Assembly: GCA_965209035.1 (NCBI GenBank)
Contig: OZ242372.1
Location: forward strand, 2,016,001-2,080,000
Direction: 5' to 3'
Length of the DNA: 64,000 nt
Origin: Gammaproteobacteria bacterium
GTDB lineage: Bacteria > Pseudomonadota > Gammaproteobacteria > CBDBNL01 > JAAOII01
Part shown: in pieces, positions 59,426 to 64,000 of the stretch
Layout of the letters: each line of letters begins with the position of its first letter
Numbering within the stretch: the stretch's first letter is position 1
Position numbers and translations under genes: made by a program
The notes under the pieces: model-generated
What the model was told of the DNA's origin: nothing
Seen by the model: the letters and a program-made list of their open reading frames with translations, nothing else
Databases searched by the model: none

Positions 59426-60145
59426 TTAATGCTTTGAAACACCAAATCTTCGATCTCGGCGAGCAAAAGAGCGAAGGGCATAACGAAAGTGTCGGACATT
59501 AAAATCAGGCCAAAGTTTTTCGGAAAAAAAGAATTCCGTATAAGCCATCTGCCATAAAAAGAAGTTACTAATGCGTTTTTCATCTCCCGTGCGAATACAA
59601 AGATCTATGGCGGGTTGTTCCGCAAGGCACAGATGTGCCGCCATTTCTTTTTCGGAAACCTGTTGCGGCAAGAGTTTTCCGTTTTGAACTTCAAGGGCAA
59701 TTTTTTTACAGGCGCGCACGATGTCCCAGCGACCGCCGTAATTCAAGGCAATATTTAAAGTCAAAGTTTGATTATTGCCGGTCAGTCGCTCGGCGTCTTC
59801 GATCTTGTTGATCAGACTTTTTGGAAATCCGGAGCGGTTGCCAATAAATAGCAGACGGACGGATTGTTTGTGCAAAGCGGAAGTTTCTTTGTCAAGAACC
59901 TCTTCAAACAGAGAGAGAAGTTGTCTGATTTCCCGGGACGGTCTGCTCCAGTTTTCGCTGCTCAGGGCAAACAGAGACAAGGACTTTGTTCCCTGACGAC
60001 AGGACTCCTTGACGACGTTGTGAATGGTTTTTATACCGGCCCTATGACCGTAAATGGGGGTTTTTGATTGTTGTTTCGCCCATCTTCTGTTGCCATCCAT
60101 GATAATGGCAATGTGCTTGGGTTTGCTTGTGACAAAGGATGCCAT
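59426..60145 (-). CDS. uppS: Undecaprenyl diphosphate synthase
   Basis: HIAIIMDGNRRWA, SSENW.RP, NYGGR and R.SNF.LWQ motifs. Confidence 0.97.
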   Translation of the reverse strand: MASFVTSKPKHIAIIMDGNRRWAKQQSKTPIYGHRAGIKTIHNVVKESCRQGTKSLSLFALSSENWSRPSREIRQLLSLFEEVLDKETSALHKQSVRLLFIGNRSGFPKSLINKIEDAERLTGNNQTLTLNIALNYGGRWDIVRACKKIALEVQNGKLLPQQVSEKEMAAHLCLAEQPAIDLCIRTGDEKRISNFFLWQMAYTEFFFSEKLWPDFNVRHFRYALRSFARRDRRFGVSKH

Positions 60146-60236
60146 TGGAAGCCTAAACTAAGAAAAAGACAGGGAAGGGTAATGTGTTCCGGGTTGACGA
60201 GCAAACATCTCATCGCATCGGTTCGACGGAAGGCGA

Positions 60237-60800
60237 TTAGAAAGAAGCGAGGTCTTCTTCTTTTTGATGCAGCAAGTGATCCGCCCGCTTAATGTATTCT
60301 TCGGTGATCTTGTCCGCTTCATTGCCCATACGTTTCTCATCGTCTTGGCTGGGCTCCAGTTTTTTGATTTTATGCAGCGTATCGCGTCGGACATTACGAA
60401 TGGCAATACGGGCCTGTTCGGCTTCGTTGCGTGCCTGTTTTTGGTAATCTTTGCGTGTTTCTTCCGTCAGCGGAGGAAGAGCGATTAACACCTCGCCTTT
60501 GTCATTGACATTTGGATTTAACCCCAAGGAAGATGCCAACAGGGCTTTTTGCACGGTCTCGGTTTGATTCTTATCCCACGGCGAGATACTCAAAGTGCGG
60601 GCGTCCAAAATTCGGATACTTGCCATTTGATTCAAGGGAGTTGGGTTGCCGTGATAATCGGCTTTGATATCTTCCACCAACGAACTGTGGGCTCTGCCGG
60701 TGCGCAACTTGTTAAAATGTTGATTAAGGACAAGAATGGCGTTATCCATACGCTTCTTCATGTCCGTTTCCAATTGTTTGTCCATAATTTCTTTTGTCAA
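60237..60800 (-). CDS. frr: Ribosome recycling factor
   Basis: LRTGRA, LGLNP, PPLTEE.R and RNVRRD motifs. Confidence 0.97.
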   Translation of the reverse strand: MTKEIMDKQLETDMKKRMDNAILVLNQHFNKLRTGRAHSSLVEDIKADYHGNPTPLNQMASIRILDARTLSISPWDKNQTETVQKALLASSLGLNPNVNDKGEVLIALPPLTEETRKDYQKQARNEAEQARIAIRNVRRDTLHKIKKLEPSQDDEKRMGNEADKITEEYIKRADHLLHQKEEDLASF

Positions 60801-60827
60801 AAATATTTAATCTAAAGTTTGAATTTT

Positions 60828-61535
60828 TTAATCTCGAATAAGTGTTCCCAAACTTTCACTGCGAACAACTTCTTTGAGCGCGCCTTCTTTCATGATACTG
60901 AAAACACGAATCGGCAGGGTATTGTCACGGGCAAGAGCAACTGCGGTAATGTCCATCACTTCCAGTTCCCGGCTAAGCACTTCCGCATAGGCAAGGAGCT
61001 CGTATTTTTTGGCATCGGCATTCTTTTGCGGATCGCGGTTGTAGATGCCGTCCACCTTGGTCCCTTTTAGTAGAATATCCGCTTCTATTTCTATGGCACG
61101 CAAGCAGGCGGCGGTATCCGTTGTGAAGAAAGGATTGCCTGTACCACCGCAATATATGACAACCTCACCGTCTCGCAGATACCGAATGGTGTTAAGCGGG
61201 TTGTGTCTTTCCAGAATGCCTGTGACCGATATGGCGGATACCAGACGACAGCGCACAGATTTCTTTTGCAAGGCATCCCGCAAAGCAATGCCATTGATAA
61301 TGGTTGCCAACATTCCCATCTGGTCGCCCGCCATTTTATTTACCCCGTGTTCTTGCAGTTGCCTTCCCCGAACCAGATTACCGCCGCCGACCACTATGCC
61401 GATTTCTATTTTTTCTTCGGCCAGTTCGGCCAGTTGTTGCGCGATGCTTTCCATCTGCTGTGATTGAAAACCCAGTTTACCGGTTCCCGCAAGAAATTCA
61501 CCGCTAATCTTTAGAAGAATTCTCTTGTAAAGCAC
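60828..61535 (-). CDS. pyrH: UMP kinase
   Basis: YKRILLK.SGE, GGGN..RG, GNPFFTTD and KGTKVDG motifs. GTG start at 61535, just after the tsf stop. Confidence 0.96.
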   Translation of the reverse strand: MLYKRILLKISGEFLAGTGKLGFQSQQMESIAQQLAELAEEKIEIGIVVGGGNLVRGRQLQEHGVNKMAGDQMGMLATIINGIALRDALQKKSVRCRLVSAISVTGILERHNPLNTIRYLRDGEVVIYCGGTGNPFFTTDTAACLRAIEIEADILLKGTKVDGIYNRDPQKNADAKKYELLAYAEVLSRELEVMDITAVALARDNTLPIRVFSIMKEGALKEVVRSESLGTLIRD

Positions 61536-61536
61536 T

Positions 61537-63429
61537 CTAAAAACCGACTCGGATTTCGTTTTGTCCAATCTCACAACGGACAAAGGCGACCTTTTGGACA
61601 CCGGCATTTTTGAGAAGATCACCAATCTTTTGTTTCGGGTCCTTGATGGATGCCTGCTCGCTCAGAGACAATTCCTTGGCATACTTTTTTAATCTTCCTT
61701 CAATCATTTTGCTTTTAATTTCGGGCGACTTGTCTTCATCCTCTGTTTGCTTTATGTAGATTTCTTTTTCTTTGTTCAGGATTTCCGGGGAAACATCTTC
61801 CGGTCGCACAGCCTGCGGACTCATGGCGGCAACCTGCATTGCCAGATCGTAACACAATTGCAAATCGGGTTTATCCAATGCAACAATTGCTGCGATACGA
61901 CGATTTGTATGCAGATAGGATGCCACACAGCCGCCTTTTTCCGCACTCAGCCGAATAAAAGGCGCCAAAACAATGTTTTCTCCCATTTTTTGCCGCGTAT
62001 CGGCAAATAACTTTTCCGTTTCGTTGTCCTTTTCAAACAGCTCGTCCGGTTCGGAAGATTGCTGTTGGTGTGATTTGACTGCCAATGTTTCCGCAAGGCT
62101 GATCATATCCGCATTTCTGGCAACAAAGTCTGTTTCGCAGTTAATTCGGGCAATGGTCGCCGTGTTCGCTTCCGCTTCCGTATGCACAGCCAAGAGTCCC
62201 TGTAAAGCGTCCCTGTCCGCTTTCTTTAGTGCCTTAACCTTACCGGTAATACGTAACTGCTCTATTGCCTTTTCCGAATCCCCGCCGGTTTCAATCAGTG
62301 CTTTTTTACAGTCAAGAATACCCGCTCCCGTTATTTCGCGCAGTTTTTTAATGGTCGCCGCGCTGATGTCGCCCGAAGGAAGCGTCTGAATCGGCGGAAG
62401 CGGCTTTTTATCGGCTATATGATTGCCGTCTTGTGTTACGGCCTCCCGGTGTTCCTTATTGGAAGGCGATGCGGTGTCATTTGGGGTCGCAGATGCGGTG
62501 TTATCCCTGTTAGTTTGCGTCTCGGCTTCTGCCGTTTCCGTCCTTTGCTCCTTGGCGGGTCCTGTTCTTCTTTTAATAAGGGTGGTGTTAATATGTTTTT
62601 CGGGTTCCGGCTGCGGCGCATTGTCCGAGTCGTCTGCTTCTTCATTCGTTTCTTCGAACTGCCGGCCGATTCGCCGGCCCGAATGCTCTTGCTCGGATGA
62701 CTTTTGCCAATCCGGTTTCGTTTGCCCCGGGCCTATGCCTTCCTCTTCCGCCACCTTAGTTCCTTGCTTAAAAGAGTCCGTAATAGCGGTCAAGTATAGT
62801 TCAATCGCTTTCACCGAATCATCGTTACCGGGAATGGCATAATCGGCTTGGGAAGGATCACTGTTCGTGTCCACCACCGCAATCACAGGTATGCCGAGTT
62901 TAATGGCCTCGGCGGCGGCAATATGTTCATGCTTAATGTCAATGATGAACAGGGCATCCGGTAATCCGCCCATATCGCGAATACCGCCGATATTGCGTTC
63001 CAGTTTTAACATTTCCCGCCGACTCATCATTGCTTCTTTTTTGGTGAATTGATCCAAAGAGCCGTCCGTGCTTTTCTTTTCCAAGTCCTTCAACTTTTCT
63101 ATGGACGCGCTCACAGTTTTGTAGTTTGTTAGCATCCCGCCCATCCAGCGATGATTGACATAACATTGTCCGATAGATTGGGCATGCCGGCGAATGAGTT
63201 CGCGAGCGGTTTTCTTTGTCCCGACAAACAAAATTTTATTTTTTCTGCGGGCAATGTCATACACTGTTTCACTTGCCTGTCTGAGCCGAACAAGTGTCTT
63301 ACTTAGATCAATGACATGAATGTTGTTATAGGTGCCATAGATATATTTCCGCATTTTGGGATTCCAGTACCGAGCCCGATGCCCGAAATGTGCTCCCACT
63401 TTTAGCAGTTCGTTGATTGTAACTTCCAT
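61537..63429 (-). CDS. rpsB-tsf: Fused 30S ribosomal protein S2 - linker - elongation factor Ts
   Basis: aa 1-~223 are S2 (GAHFGH, WNPKM, RWMGGMLTN, DTNSDP, PGNDD). aa ~354-630 are EF-Ts (ISAATIKKLREITGAGILDCKKAL, NCETDFVARN, MQVAAM.P, EGRLKK). No stop between them. Confidence 0.93.
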   Translation of the reverse strand: MEVTINELLKVGAHFGHRARYWNPKMRKYIYGTYNNIHVIDLSKTLVRLRQASETVYDIARRKNKILFVGTKKTARELIRRHAQSIGQCYVNHRWMGGMLTNYKTVSASIEKLKDLEKKSTDGSLDQFTKKEAMMSRREMLKLERNIGGIRDMGGLPDALFIIDIKHEHIAAAEAIKLGIPVIAVVDTNSDPSQADYAIPGNDDSVKAIELYLTAITDSFKQGTKVAEEEGIGPGQTKPDWQKSSEQEHSGRRIGRQFEETNEEADDSDNAPQPEPEKHINTTLIKRRTGPAKEQRTETAEAETQTNRDNTASATPNDTASPSNKEHREAVTQDGNHIADKKPLPPIQTLPSGDISAATIKKLREITGAGILDCKKALIETGGDSEKAIEQLRITGKVKALKKADRDALQGLLAVHTEAEANTATIARINCETDFVARNADMISLAETLAVKSHQQQSSEPDELFEKDNETEKLFADTRQKMGENIVLAPFIRLSAEKGGCVASYLHTNRRIAAIVALDKPDLQLCYDLAMQVAAMSPQAVRPEDVSPEILNKEKEIYIKQTEDEDKSPEIKSKMIEGRLKKYAKELSLSEQASIKDPKQKIGDLLKNAGVQKVAFVRCEIGQNEIRVGF

Positions 63430-63764
63430 AATTTTCTTATTTCAAGGGTTGTAACAAATTCTCTTTTCTACAAACCGACGCTATGCGCACCCTGATCTGT
63501 AATGTAAAAAAAGAATGATAATATAATTAATTTTCCTGTAAATTATAACACACGGCGTTTGTAAAGAACAACTTGTGAGGCAAAAATTCTTATTACGCGG
63601 ACGGAAAAAGAATTCGTTTTGGAGAAAGGTTGCCCGGATAATAAACCGATGTCCGTCGATGTCCGTATTCTTTGGAATTTTGTGGGTTGCGACGACTTCT
63701 GCGGGATGATTCAATACGGACAAAACTTGTCTTTTTTAATCTAAAAAATTCTATCGGCGACCCG

Positions 63765-64000
63765 GTTCTTGCAAAAATACCAAAAGTCCGAAAATAGGTG
63801 GGATTATACACGCTCATCCGCATCATCGGTGGCCGCCGCATTCCATCGGGTCGTGACAGCAAACGGCAGCACCCACTGGCATACCCATACTATTTTATTT
63901 TTGGGGAAACCACAAATGAATGCACACTGTGAACGATTCAATCGCACTCCTTAAAAATATCTCGGGGGAAGAGTTCGGTTGTCATATGCGACATCTCCTA
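63765..64000 (+). mobile_element. IS481 right-end remnant followed by degenerate internal transposase fragments
   Basis: gttcttgcaaaaa..aaaagtccg..ggtgggattataca ends at 63810; then ccgcatc.tcg.tggcc, gcaaacggcagcacccactgg, caaatgaatgcacactg and ggaagagttcggttgtcatatgcg match 45184-45505. Confidence 0.9.

Noticed and set aside
61536-61625. N-terminal extension of PyrH overlapping tsf; similar extensions on CdsA, RuvC and YaaA
   Set aside because: These come from the ORF caller choosing the furthest start. Better starts lie at the family-typical N-termini.
62436-62645. Alternate-frame ORF in the S2-EF-Ts linker as a hidden tsf start
   Set aside because: It ends at a stop at 62436, before the EF-Ts domain, and is out of frame with it.

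Overview
This is a 64 kb chromosomal window from a gammaproteobacterium, probably marine and host-associated. That lifestyle is inferred from the Na+-pumping OadGAB, broken-up operons and IS debris. Most genes are housekeeping: pfp, metF, metE, leuC, valS, hemA, prfA, hflXKC, aspS-yebC-ruvC, oadGAB, mutL, dnaE and the bamA-rseP-dxr-cdsA-uppS-frr-pyrH block. There are three tRNAs and several AT-rich surface-glycan genes. Main observations: (1) ribosomal protein S2 and EF-Ts are encoded as one uninterrupted 630-aa ORF with a ~130-aa Met-free linker. (2) An IS481-family transposase has no stop codon inside the element, while a conserved ~45-codon frame with no obvious start sits at the element's left end; the two would join in frame across an end-to-end (circle or tandem) junction, and a relic of such a junction is present. 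(3) A three-copy tandem array of a membrane coiled-coil gene differs in the number of 33-bp repeats and is separated by identical IS-derived spacers. (4) Two glycan-gene insertions are flanked by duplications of host stop/start (ATGA) overlaps. (5) A pair of hairpin-plus-U-tract repeats has conserved stems and variable loops. (6) A transglutaminase-fold protein lacks its catalytic Cys and His. All assignments come from manual motif recognition and by-eye alignment; no database searches were run.
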